The notes under the pieces were generated by a model that saw only the letters and a program-made list of their open reading frames with translations, was not told the DNA's origin and ran no database searches. The position numbers and the translations under genes were made by a program. From a virus, in the IMG/VR virus record IMGVR_UViG_3300035701_000008, positions 32,001 through 96,000 of that record: a stretch of DNA of 64,000 nt. One strand, given 5' to 3'. Of the stretch, positions 25,596 through 35,521 are shown one piece after another (the first letter of the stretch is position 1; each line of letters begins with the position of its first letter).

Positions 25596-27119
25596 CTATT
25601 TAATCGTAACTATACGATTAACAATTTTAGCTTTCATCTCGCTAAGAGTGTTAACAATAGAGTTGATTTCTGAAGCTGATATAGCTGGCATATTGAATTC
25701 ATACTTTGTAGACTCAGTAGCAAATCCTTCTTTAGCTTTCTCTGCAAGAGATTCTAATTCACGAATAGCATATTCTTCATCCAATTGTAAGAAATCAAAG
25801 CTTCTATCATTCATAATCTGATCTGCTTCAGCAACAGTGGTAAGCATGAATGGAAGATATTCCCAACATCTACCTTTCTCTCTACCAATACCTACCACTT
25901 TCATAGGATTGTGAAGAGTCATAACAGTGGTATCACCACAAAGAACATAAGGAGCTGTATAACCTGCAAAGTGAAGACCTGCTGTAGCACAATCTTGTGT
26001 ACTCCAGTTACAATCTTCTTTAGGCATAGCTACAACTTGTCCTATACGGATATCAAATGTTCTAGACCAGTTGTCAGTAAATCTATTTTCTTCTCTATTA
26101 GGAAGATCTAGATATAATTCTGTCAACCCACCAATCTTTTGACCATGGTCTACATAAACAGTTTCTGTGTACTCATATTCTTCCACTTCTCCTGTTCCAT
26201 TACAATGTCCACAATCATGAGTATCTCCATCAAAATCTTCCCAATAACCATCACCATCACACTCTGGACATCTTGTGTCAGTGAATGTTTTATCTTCTTC
26301 TAATTTATCATCATGTACAAGTTTGTACTCTCCATCCTCTAAGAATATAGTGTATTGATCTGGATTCTTCTTCCATACAGCTTTCACCTTGTTGTAAGCA
26401 TTACTTACAAAATGTACAAGCTCAGGAGATCCATGTAATGTAACAACATTTCTAAGAGCTACAAAGAATCCTTGTTTAGTGATTTTGAACTTATTTTCTG
26501 TTAAGAATCTGTATAGTTCATTAGCCACTTCAGCTCTTGGATTAAGACAACACCACATGAAGAAGTTCTTATGTGCCATGAAATCATCATCTTCGTTAAG
26601 AGCTTGTTCAAAAGTTCTGTGATCAGCAAATTCATTTCCCACTCTATTCACTATCTCAATGAATTTCTCTACAAGTAATTGAGGCATACTTCTAGATGTT
26701 CCTTTTAGATAAACACTATTACCCTCTACAGTGAAATCATCAATGTCTGCAAGTAATTGAATTCCTTTGTGAAGAGCTTTGATTCTCTCTGCTTCAGCTT
26801 TGACTCTCTCTACATCTTCTACAACATCTTTACATCCTACAATAGCATGTATTTCATAAATAGTCTTTGCTTTTTGAACAGCAAAATAATCATCTTCTGT
26901 AGCACCAGGCTTACTGAAAATAGTTCCATCTGCTAACACTACAGTGAGTGTATCATTTACTAATTTAATAGCAAAATACGGTTTAGCATGACATTGTTGT
27001 TCTACAGGAACATCTTGTTCCATTAAGCTTTCTAGCTTGTTAGCTACCACTGTAGCAATTGCACTCTCTGCTGTTTCTTTGAACCAGTCTAACGATAAAA
27101 ATTTGTTTGTACTCATCAT
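25596..27119 (-). CDS. rIIB-like protein with DnaJ-type Zn finger
   Basis: ELYRFL...ITKQGFFVALRNV and CATAGLHFA motifs, directly downstream of rIIA-like gene. Confidence 0.7.
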   Translation of the reverse strand: MMSTNKFLSLDWFKETAESAIATVVANKLESLMEQDVPVEQQCHAKPYFAIKLVNDTLTVVLADGTIFSKPGATEDDYFAVQKAKTIYEIHAIVGCKDVVEDVERVKAEAERIKALHKGIQLLADIDDFTVEGNSVYLKGTSRSMPQLLVEKFIEIVNRVGNEFADHRTFEQALNEDDDFMAHKNFFMWCCLNPRAEVANELYRFLTENKFKITKQGFFVALRNVVTLHGSPELVHFVSNAYNKVKAVWKKNPDQYTIFLEDGEYKLVHDDKLEEDKTFTDTRCPECDGDGYWEDFDGDTHDCGHCNGTGEVEEYEYTETVYVDHGQKIGGLTELYLDLPNREENRFTDNWSRTFDIRIGQVVAMPKEDCNWSTQDCATAGLHFAGYTAPYVLCGDTTVMTLHNPMKVVGIGREKGRCWEYLPFMLTTVAEADQIMNDRSFDFLQLDEEYAIRELESLAEKAKEGFATESTKYEFNMPAISASEINSIVNTLSEMKAKIVNRIVTIK

Positions 27120-27144
27120 ATTTATTAATTAATTGTTACTTGTT

Positions 27145-27168
27145 AAATAAGGGGACATTTCTGTCCCC
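27145..27168 (-). terminator. Intrinsic terminator/hairpin
   Basis: GGGGACA/TGTCCCC stem with a U-rich tail on the minus strand. Confidence 0.6.
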
Positions 27169-27176
27169 ATGTTAAA

Positions 27177-29471
27177 TTATGCTAATTGGTCTATTGTTTC
27201 TTCTGTAAGCACTTCATCATTGATTTTGATGTTATAATGCTTTAAATCCACTCTGTGTTTGTAATACTTGAATAAATCAGTCATTACATTAATCATTGGA
27301 TCACCTTCATGGTAATAGCCCATTGATCTACATAAAGGATTTAAGAATTTAAGCTTATCTATAATATCTAACATCTCTAAATACTCTGGATATATAGCTG
27401 GATCAAATAACTTATTCTCATAAGCCACTTCTAACATTGCTTTTCTTATATCATCATTTGTTTGTATAAAATTCTTAGTTCTATACTCAGCTAATCTTTC
27501 TAGTTTATTATAAAGATCTATAGAGGTATGTTTGATTAATGTTCTTTTCTCAAATATATATCTATAATTAACCATCAGATCATTGATTAGTCCAGATGTT
27601 ACGATTCTTTTAAATGGTGTTGTTTTCCCTTCCATAAATTTGTCATAGGATATTAAATTGTGTATATCTAATTGCTCTACAATCTTTAGTTCTCTATCAG
27701 AAAATGTAATCACTTCCATCTTCTGTTTTTGCATAATTCCATAGAGAGCATCAAGTTTTGGTGCATCTTCATGTCTACCATACACTTTTAATCCTTTATG
27801 TCTATGAAGTTCTTCTAACTTGTATAATTGTGAGTCAAATTTACAATTTTTACCACTGTATCGCATTAAATCAACACCTTTTTTACAAACAATCTCTCCT
27901 TGAAGCTTTAGTCTTTTAGCAACACCTAATGCAGATTTAGTTATCTTTGCTTTTTTCTTGCTATCAACAAACTCTTGAGGAATATCATATTCATCAAGAT
28001 TGATGAAGTTTGATTCAACCATAGACATAATGTGTTGATACTCTTTAATAGCATCTCTCCATTTAGATCTTGGAAGTTTAGCAAGATTCAATAAATGATA
28101 ATATGTTTTAAGATTAAACTTAGAAGCCACTCCTAATTCCATAGGTTTGCCTCTCTTAACAAGAAAGTTGTAATCACTCTCTACACATGTAGCTCTTAAG
28201 TAATCCTTTTTGATTTGAGGAATTCTATCATTAAACACCCACACCTTACAACTTCCATTACATATAGATTCTAAATTATATCCCCATACATAATGTTTAT
28301 CTGCATCAGCCATTCTTTTATATCTCAATGAATATCTAGTAGGAAATGCATCTTGCAACATGTTTTGTTTGTGTTGCTTATACAAAGAAGGAAAGTTCAA
28401 AATCTTAACTCCTTCCAATACTGGAACAGTAGGTTTCACTGTGGCATATCTAATAAACTGATCAATGCTACGTTTGTTACCATCAGCCATTTCAATCATA
28501 TGTCCATTCTTCTCAAGATAGTTAATCATAGACTTAATATCATCACCATTGTTTACAGATTTGTTGTAAAATTCAACATACCAATTACCCACTTCACTAA
28601 GTTTACTCATGATGATTTTCTTAGCTTCTTGTGTATATCTCAATGATTCTCTGTTTGGTGTTGGATAGAGTCCATCACTCAATGAAAATCTAAGACCTAC
28701 AGGAAAATCAATTCTATCAATACCAAGCTTCTCAAAATCTAAAGGATAGTACACATTGTCTAAACAGATGTGTAAATATGGATCTGTAGATAGTTCAGAG
28801 AACTGAAAGTGTTCATGTCTACTAATAATAAAATCATTAACAATACTTCTATCATCTGGTACATCAAAATACACACTCTCGAAATAACAAAGTTGTTCTT
28901 TGATTTTCTTCTTGAACTGCCAAAGATCATTGTATTTAACAGGAATAATGATTTTTACACCATTAGCTTCTTCTGTCTCTTTTTCATATAAAAGATCAAT
29001 AGTGTTAGCATCTTCTCCTTCATACATCATATACTTACGTTCCATTCCATCTTTTCTACATACAAAATAAAACGAAGAAGAATAAGCTAATGGTGCCTTA
29101 AATCCGAGTCCCATCATACCTAACTCATTGTTACTCAACCGTTTAGTAGATTTACCATACTTACTAATAATGTTTCTTACATCATCTGCATCTAAGCCTA
29201 TACCAAAATCTTCTACACAAAACTCATAATTGTTATATGAAGCAGCTTTTAGTGAAACTACAATTGGTGTATCAACACCAGCTCTTCTATGGCTATCTAG
29301 TGCATTACTTGCACATTCTCTGATAGCAGAGCCTATATCATCAGAATATAAATTCTTACTTAACATCTGCATCAATATCTGTGCAGAATCTAAGTCTAGT
29401 GACATTCCAATTGATTCTTGTGATTGTCCTTCTTCTAGGACATTTGCTTCTGTCTGTTTTTCTAATATCAT
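27177..29471 (-). CDS. rIIA-like protein with GHKL/HSP90 ATPase domain
   Basis: LYSD...IRECASNALDSH, EDFGIGL, GMMGLGFKAP. Confidence 0.8.
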   Translation of the reverse strand: MILEKQTEANVLEEGQSQESIGMSLDLDSAQILMQMLSKNLYSDDIGSAIRECASNALDSHRRAGVDTPIVVSLKAASYNNYEFCVEDFGIGLDADDVRNIISKYGKSTKRLSNNELGMMGLGFKAPLAYSSSFYFVCRKDGMERKYMMYEGEDANTIDLLYEKETEEANGVKIIIPVKYNDLWQFKKKIKEQLCYFESVYFDVPDDRSIVNDFIISRHEHFQFSELSTDPYLHICLDNVYYPLDFEKLGIDRIDFPVGLRFSLSDGLYPTPNRESLRYTQEAKKIIMSKLSEVGNWYVEFYNKSVNNGDDIKSMINYLEKNGHMIEMADGNKRSIDQFIRYATVKPTVPVLEGVKILNFPSLYKQHKQNMLQDAFPTRYSLRYKRMADADKHYVWGYNLESICNGSCKVWVFNDRIPQIKKDYLRATCVESDYNFLVKRGKPMELGVASKFNLKTYYHLLNLAKLPRSKWRDAIKEYQHIMSMVESNFINLDEYDIPQEFVDSKKKAKITKSALGVAKRLKLQGEIVCKKGVDLMRYSGKNCKFDSQLYKLEELHRHKGLKVYGRHEDAPKLDALYGIMQKQKMEVITFSDRELKIVEQLDIHNLISYDKFMEGKTTPFKRIVTSGLINDLMVNYRYIFEKRTLIKHTSIDLYNKLERLAEYRTKNFIQTNDDIRKAMLEVAYENKLFDPAIYPEYLEMLDIIDKLKFLNPLCRSMGYYHEGDPMINVMTDLFKYYKHRVDLKHYNIKINDEVLTEETIDQLA

Positions 29472-29481
29472 TTCTCTAGTT

Positions 29482-29817
29482 TTAAATTATTTCTGTTCTC
29501 TTTACTAACCAAATCTGTCTACCACTAAGATCTACTGACACTCTAAGATTATGATCTTCAGGTGTAGGTATCCATGTTTTATACACTCTATTGTGAACTT
29601 TTCCTGCACCATCAGTATAAGAATGTGTTACCACTTGATTTTGTCTTGTTGTACATCTAAAGTTTGCAAGCAATGGTTGTTTTGTTTTCCAATGCATTTT
29701 AGTTTTACTCATTGTTGGTGGTGTTAACACCCTTAAATACTTGAAATAAGACTGACAAGATATCATTATCTCATCACCTACTTGTACATCTTCCACTTTA
29801 ATTAATACGTTTTCCAT
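29482..29817 (-). CDS. Hypothetical protein
   Basis: Start MENVLIK preferred. Confidence 0.65.
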   Translation of the reverse strand: MENVLIKVEDVQVGDEIMISCQSYFKYLRVLTPPTMSKTKMHWKTKQPLLANFRCTTRQNQVVTHSYTDGAGKVHNRVYKTWIPTPEDHNLRVSVDLSGRQIWLVKRTEII

Positions 29818-29827
29818 AATTTTAATT

Positions 29828-30547
29828 TTAAAAGGGCACATCTACAGGCAACCATTGCACTGTGAACCCATTGGTTTCTTCTAATAACACATCTACTTTA
29901 CTAAATACACCTTCTGTATCCCATTCGCTATTCTTATAAGCTGCAGATGCTGGATGACTAAGTTCAAACACATGAGCAAATATGCCTGTGTATTTTTTAT
30001 ACTTAGCTGCATCTTTGCCTAAGAATATAATTGGAACACCTAAGTGATTTATAATTTCCTCAAACAGATATTTGATAAATGGTTCCCATATTTCTAAATG
30101 AGAACCTGCTTTATTAATCTCTGTTGTTAGAGCTGCATTTAACATTAACACCCCTTGATCTGCTAAATAACTTACGTCTGGAGCTGGTGTGTAGTTTAGA
30201 TTTAATCCATTATAGAATTCTTTCTCCAAACCTCCATAAAACTGTTCTAGTGTAGGTTGTAATTTACCTGTAATAGAACAACCCATAAGTAATCCATCTG
30301 CAACTGGTGCATCGTTCTTAAGAGTGTGGTATGGACATAGTCCTACCATCACTGCTTTAATATCATCTAGTGGTGTTTCCAAGAAACATCTCCAAACATG
30401 CATAGATAGAGGAGCAACTCTTTTACCTCTCTTACTCTCTGCTTTTAGATATGCATATATCTTATCACATTCTTCACTCTCGATGAATGGTCTCATCCTA
30501 GATCTCCAAGATGGATGAAACTGATGTTTAAAGTTTTCCCAATTCAT
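29828..30547 (-). CDS. ung: Uracil-DNA glycosylase, family 1
   Basis: VGLCPYH (divergent GQDPYH), QGVLMLNAALT, SHPAS. Confidence 0.85.
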   Translation of the reverse strand: MNWENFKHQFHPSWRSRMRPFIESEECDKIYAYLKAESKRGKRVAPLSMHVWRCFLETPLDDIKAVMVGLCPYHTLKNDAPVADGLLMGCSITGKLQPTLEQFYGGLEKEFYNGLNLNYTPAPDVSYLADQGVLMLNAALTTEINKAGSHLEIWEPFIKYLFEEIINHLGVPIIFLGKDAAKYKKYTGIFAHVFELSHPASAAYKNSEWDTEGVFSKVDVLLEETNGFTVQWLPVDVPF

Positions 30548-30705
30548 AATGATAATGATATTTTTCTATGAAAGAATTTAGTTAATATTCCTTCTAGGTT
30601 TTCTACACTTATACATTCTATTTCATCTCTTCCAGCCATAAGCCATTCAATGTTCTCTTTAATCTGTTCTTCGAGTATTTCTAACTCATCATCTGTTACT
30701 CTCAT
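30544..30705 (-). CDS. Hypothetical protein (53 aa)
   Basis: Not in track. ATGA-coupled on both sides. Confidence 0.55.
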   Translation of the reverse strand: MRVTDDELEILEEQIKENIEWLMAGRDEIECISVENLEGILTKFFHRKISLSL

Positions 30706-30965
30706 AATCCTTGTTCTTTTTTATAGATTTCTAATAGCTCTTTTGTTGTTATCCATTTTCCTGAATCAAAATGATACCATTTATTTTTACCTTCATGATA
30801 GCCTAATCTATTTTCTGTTTTATTCATCCACTCTGCAAATCCAATAGCAAATTCATCTGCTATCAATACACATCTTATAGCTCTATCAAGACAATCTTCT
30901 TGTCCTAACTTCCATTGAACATTTGGATAGAATAATTGAATCAGTTTGTTTTCTTTTGTTGTCAT
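30702..30965 (-). CDS. Hypothetical protein
   Basis: 87 aa, ADEFAIGFAEW...KELLEIYKK module. Confidence 0.65.
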   Translation of the reverse strand: MTTKENKLIQLFYPNVQWKLGQEDCLDRAIRCVLIADEFAIGFAEWMNKTENRLGYHEGKNKWYHFDSGKWITTKELLEIYKKEQGL

Positions 30966-30968
30966 AGT

Positions 30969-31367
30969 TTAATATTCTAAAATTCCTGAATCTCTAATAG
31001 CTTCATAAAGCTCTTTCTTCTGTGGAGGAAATAACACTGTAGCATCAATCAGAGCTTCTAAATATCTCTTTCTAGTTGATATGTCTAATATGTTATTCAC
31101 CTTAAGTGCACTATCTATTCTATTTGATAGTTCTGTTATCACTGTAGCTCCTCTTTTGAAATGTTCTGCATCTTCCTCATCTCTCACTTCAATAAGTTTA
31201 CCTACATATCCTTCAATGTGTGGAATAGTTTGTTTAAGAGACTGTTTAGCTCTATGTGTAAACAAATTATTCTCATTCATTGTTTCGAATCTCTCCAATA
31301 ATGCAACAGAGAGGGATAAGCTCTCTATCACTATATCATTTAGTTCATCTGATGTTAATTTACTCAT
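30969..31367 (-). CDS. Hypothetical protein
   Basis: 132 aa ORF. Confidence 0.7.
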   Translation of the reverse strand: MSKLTSDELNDIVIESLSLSVALLERFETMNENNLFTHRAKQSLKQTIPHIEGYVGKLIEVRDEEDAEHFKRGATVITELSNRIDSALKVNNILDISTRKRYLEALIDATVLFPPQKKELYEAIRDSGILEY

Positions 31368-31432
31368 ATTTCTTATTTTTTATCTGTATTAGCATTTTTG
31401 TTGGGTTTACAGCTGTTTTTATTCTCTGTATT

Positions 31433-31594
31433 TTAAAATTCTCTTCCAAATATAAGTATTCCATTAGCATCTTTACGAACTGCAAAATGAAAATTTAAAA
31501 ATGGAATACGCAATAAAATTTGTCCGTATTCAAAACTTATACTTAATCCAATTTGTCTTTTAAAATAAACTGAAAATCTATATTCTCCTCCCAT
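31433..31594 (-). CDS. Hypothetical protein (53 aa)
   Basis: Not in track. MGGEYRFSVYF... Confidence 0.45.
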   Translation of the reverse strand: MGGEYRFSVYFKRQIGLSISFEYGQILLRIPFLNFHFAVRKDANGILIFGREF

Positions 31595-31597
31595 AAC

Positions 31598-31750
31598 TTA
31601 TTTATTTAAAGTTGTTACATTCACTACATTCACTTCTTTCTTCTTTCTAATCTTATCAAATGCTTTCCAATCAACACTAAATGTTCTTCCGTATTTATCA
31701 GTTAGTTTACCGTTATTCATTTGAATATTAGATGGGTTTCTTACTCTCAT
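31598..31750 (-). CDS. Hypothetical protein (50 aa)
   Basis: Not in track. ATGA-coupled to the primase gene. Confidence 0.45.
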   Translation of the reverse strand: MRVRNPSNIQMNNGKLTDKYGRTFSVDWKAFDKIRKKKEVNVVNVTTLNK

Positions 31751-32751
31751 ATTATATCTCTTTTAGTTAAATATTCTTCTATAACTTTTAATCCATGTGC
31801 TTTAGCAAGGTCACTCCAGTCTTTAATTCCTTCTTCTAGATATATCTTTGGTACATTACAATACTCAAACCCAAACTTATCAGTTATAAGCTGAGAATTC
31901 TTTACACCAGTCTCATCACTATCAAAGCTCAATATCTGTCTGTCTGAGTTCTCTTTTAGATATTCAATGTTCTCTTCAGAGAAACATCCCATACCCTCAT
32001 TCTGAACTGCACAACAACATGGATAGATCTTTTTCATCACCATGTAATCCTTCTTACTCTTATTGATGAAAGCAACATCACAATTTGTGATATCATCTAG
32101 TCCATCCATCATAGTGATAGGTACATTATTAGGCATCCACTTATTCTTCTTATCTGCATATGGTCTGTAGATTTTCCAATGTCCTTCATATAGATAACCA
32201 AATCTCAATTCAGAGTCCTTTATAGGAAACTTTTGTTTATTTAGATATACAGTGTCTATTGAATACACATTGTTAGCTCTAAGATCATCTATGTCCTGAT
32301 AATACATATTCCAATATGCTAGTTCTTCATTAGTAAACTTTCTTGTCTTCACTTGAATGAAAAACTCACGTTTAGATGTAGCAGTTGGTTGTGCATAATC
32401 AGAAACAATCCTCTCATAGTTTTTTGTAGAGGATGCAGATATAATCCCAAGATCAAAATCTCTATCAATCATCAACATTGCTTCACGCAATGATATATTG
32501 AAAAGCATCATGACAAAATCAAAACATCCACCTTTCTTACTAGAATCTCCAAAATCACAATATTTCAATGATCCTGCTCTATATCCTATAATGAATGAAG
32601 GATTCTTTTCATTTCTAAAGGGTGAATAAGTAACTACATTTATTTTCCAATTCTGATGTGGCATATAAAACTTATAAATATCATATTCAGATATTTTATT
32701 CAATATGCTATCAGGTGTCAAGTTGATTCTTTTTTTCCCTTGTATACTCAT
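31747..32751 (-). CDS. DNA primase (crAss-type)
   Basis: SPFRNEKNPSF...DFG, SKKD, TOPRIM FDSDETG, KDWSD. Start MSIQGKK preferred. Confidence 0.85.
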   Translation of the reverse strand: MSIQGKKRINLTPDSILNKISEYDIYKFYMPHQNWKINVVTYSPFRNEKNPSFIIGYRAGSLKYCDFGDSSKKGGCFDFVMMLFNISLREAMLMIDRDFDLGIISASSTKNYERIVSDYAQPTATSKREFFIQVKTRKFTNEELAYWNMYYQDIDDLRANNVYSIDTVYLNKQKFPIKDSELRFGYLYEGHWKIYRPYADKKNKWMPNNVPITMMDGLDDITNCDVAFINKSKKDYMVMKKIYPCCCAVQNEGMGCFSEENIEYLKENSDRQILSFDSDETGVKNSQLITDKFGFEYCNVPKIYLEEGIKDWSDLAKAHGLKVIEEYLTKRDII

Positions 32752-32763
32752 AGCTTTAAATAT

Positions 32764-32794
32764 AAAAAGCCTCATCAAATTAATGATGAGGCTT
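32764..32794 (-). terminator. Intrinsic terminator
   Basis: AAGCCTCATCA/TGATGAGGCTT stem with a U tract on the minus strand. Confidence 0.8.
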
Positions 32795-32813
32795 CTTACA
32801 GAATTAACAATTA

Positions 32814-33683
32814 TTAATAATCATCCCCATCATCAGAAATAAATGCATCAGAAGCAACTAAGTTATCATCTGCATTATAATCCTGAAGATCTTTAAATGT
32901 ATAATAGTCTTTACAACCATATTCACCTATAACATTCACTACGAATTTCTCGTGTGCTTTCAAATCTTTAGGTTTCTTGTTTTTAAGAGAGTCTTGTGTT
33001 TTTCTGTTTCCATAATCAACAAGTCTAAATTGTTTCAAAGCATAACCACCCAAGAAGGCTTTGTTATATATTCCTTGATATTCTTTAGATTCTCCATCTC
33101 TTTCTTTAACAATCACTGTTGCTAAAGCTACAACAGATTTAGCCCATTCTCCACCAACTTGATCTCTAAGGTCTTTTACATTACCTCTCATCAACTTCTT
33201 CCATTCTAATTGTAGAACAGTGTCTGCATCACGATAATCAAGATCAGCTAACCATGTTCTCATGAAGTTGTAAAGATCTTCTTCTCCTGTATATGCCACT
33301 CTGAAATCTCTTCCTTTAGTAAACCATTCAGCAAGATTATTTTCATCATCTGCCCAAGAACACATACCAATAGAATTGATATATTGTTTCTTAGTACCAT
33401 CTTTGTTCTCTCTTTCCTTATCTTCTAAGAAAAAGCTCACTTTAAACTTGTCTTCTTGATTAACTCTCTGTAACCAAAAATCAACACGTAGATAGCTATT
33501 ACCATCTTTAGTCTCACCTAAATACTCAGCAGCTTTGCTGTCTTCTTTAAGCTCCATACCAAGCTTGTCTTTAAACTCTTCTAGTGTTGGATTAATTGCA
33601 ATCACGTTAGCCTCGAAGAGGCCTACTTTCTTTCCAAAGTCTCCACTTCCTGTGTTTTCTCTCTTTTTTCCTCCGATGTTCAT
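32814..33683 (-). CDS. Putative ssDNA-binding protein
   Basis: Lies between the AAA ATPase and primase, acidic tail DDGDDY. Confidence 0.5.
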   Translation of the reverse strand: MNIGGKKRENTGSGDFGKKVGLFEANVIAINPTLEEFKDKLGMELKEDSKAAEYLGETKDGNSYLRVDFWLQRVNQEDKFKVSFFLEDKERENKDGTKKQYINSIGMCSWADDENNLAEWFTKGRDFRVAYTGEEDLYNFMRTWLADLDYRDADTVLQLEWKKLMRGNVKDLRDQVGGEWAKSVVALATVIVKERDGESKEYQGIYNKAFLGGYALKQFRLVDYGNRKTQDSLKNKKPKDLKAHEKFVVNVIGEYGCKDYYTFKDLQDYNADDNLVASDAFISDDGDDY

Positions 33684-33701
33684 AATTTTAATTTATTTAG
33701 T

Positions 33702-34373
33702 TTATTTATAATAATTTGTTAAGTTGTCTACTACCAATTGTAAATTGTTTGGTATTTTGGTTTCTGCGAACATTCCATCAGGACTTTTAGCTGGTATTTT
33801 TCTATAACGATTAGTTACAAGTTGATAGTTAGCTGTTCCATCTTTGTTCTCTTCTACAAGTGTGTATAAACACACAGTTAACAGTCCTTCTAATAACACT
33901 TGATTGTCAATTAGCTTACCTGCTGTCTTAATTTTATATCCTATAACATCTTGTCCATCCATCACTTCTTCTGGATGTGTAAGATAGAATACAGTGATAT
34001 CTTCTCTTAGTTGTCTAGCTGTTCTAAATAGATCCACCATGTCTTTAGCCATAACACTAAATTTAGTAAATCCTACCTCTGTAGCTTTTGCCACCATATT
34101 GAATCCCATAATGTAATTAGAGTCTTCAATGATGATGTTCTTGATGTGAGGAGCTTTGTCTGAAATAGTTTTTAATAATCTACTGATTTCATTTGCATCT
34201 TCAATTTCCTTGTAATTTTTGTTTTCAGCATTGTAAAGTTTTTCAGATCCTTTGAAAGGAAGCTCTTTCTTTGCAACATTAATAATGTACGTTTCTTCTG
34301 GATTTAGATGTTTGATGCTGGTTGATTTACCAGTTCCCGTAGCACCTACAATCCCTACTAGCTTTGAACTCAT
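33702..34373 (-). CDS. AAA_24/Sak4-like P-loop ATPase
   Basis: GATGTGKST, IIIED, KTAGKLID, AKSP. Confidence 0.8.
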   Translation of the reverse strand: MSSKLVGIVGATGTGKSTSIKHLNPEETYIINVAKKELPFKGSEKLYNAENKNYKEIEDANEISRLLKTISDKAPHIKNIIIEDSNYIMGFNMVAKATEVGFTKFSVMAKDMVDLFRTARQLREDITVFYLTHPEEVMDGQDVIGYKIKTAGKLIDNQVLLEGLLTVCLYTLVEENKDGTANYQLVTNRYRKIPAKSPDGMFAETKIPNNLQLVVDNLTNYYK

Positions 34374-34433
34374 AGTTTTTAATTTATTTAGTTATTTAAT
34401 TTATTCTATAAAGATACGAAATAATCTTTTTGA

Positions 34434-35507
34434 TTACAAGTATTTTATTTTGTTTTTATTAATACTCTCTAAGCTTTTTTTGAGCCAATTCTGTTGGAAT
34501 GTTTCATTACTAACAAAAATATGTATGTTAGAATGTTCTGTATCATCTAATAATGATCTACCTATCATTTGTTCAAGGTTTTCTCCATTACTATTAATGG
34601 CTGTAATAAGAATATTAGAAAGATTAGGAAATGTAACACCTGCAGATGCTTTCTTAATAAGACAAAGTTTATTTATATCACCATCTTGAAATGATTTTAA
34701 TACAGAGTCATCTTTACTTTTACTATTAAACATGGGAAGTTTGTATTTCTCTCCTGTTTTCTCACTAGAACTAAACAATATGAATCTTTCATTAGGATTA
34801 GACTTTATCCAATTACTAACTGCATTAAATAAAGAATCTGTAGAATTGATAAATCTCATTCTTTCCAGAGCAGCAAACATTTTTTGTTGTCCATTAGTAT
34901 TAATAATTCTATTACCAAGTCTATTACATTCTTTCTTTTCTGTAGATTTCCATTTTTTAGTTTTACCATATTCTACAATAGAAGAAGAATCTAAATCATA
35001 CTGATGAACAAATATACTAAAATCACTAACAATACCATCTTCAATTGCTTGTTCCGTACTATAATTAACAATCATTTTCATTCCTGAATATAATTTTATA
35101 TTAGAAAGAGTTTCTTGATTGTATGTACCAGAAGCAAATATTACATGTTTATTATTTTTAGCTATTTCTCCTGCTATTGGTAATTGATTCTCTTCTCCAA
35201 GCAAATGAGCTTCATCAAATATATAATATGATGCTTTTACACTCTTCATTTTTTCTAAAGACATAAATGTAGAGAATATAAACTCTGGATGATAATCAAT
35301 CAATTCACATTCCTTTTCCCAAGAATTTTTGATATCTATATTGGGATAGGCTAAGAATATTAACGGGGCATCTTCTAAAGAATGTTTTCTAATAGATTCT
35401 AAAATCATTCTTGTTTTTCCACTTCTAACAGAAGATAATACAATTCCTTTACAATTAGCATTTACAATTGTATTTATTATTCCTTTTTGTATTTCATCTT
35501 TTGTCAT
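34434..35507 (-). CDS. Superfamily 2 helicase-like protein
   Basis: RSGKT, DEAH, SGT and QMIGRS motifs. Confidence 0.85.
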   Translation of the reverse strand: MTKDEIQKGIINTIVNANCKGIVLSSVRSGKTRMILESIRKHSLEDAPLIFLAYPNIDIKNSWEKECELIDYHPEFIFSTFMSLEKMKSVKASYYIFDEAHLLGEENQLPIAGEIAKNNKHVIFASGTYNQETLSNIKLYSGMKMIVNYSTEQAIEDGIVSDFSIFVHQYDLDSSSIVEYGKTKKWKSTEKKECNRLGNRIINTNGQQKMFAALERMRFINSTDSLFNAVSNWIKSNPNERFILFSSSEKTGEKYKLPMFNSKSKDDSVLKSFQDGDINKLCLIKKASAGVTFPNLSNILITAINSNGENLEQMIGRSLLDDTEHSNIHIFVSNETFQQNWLKKSLESINKNKIKYL

Positions 35508-35521
35508 TATATTTTAATTTG

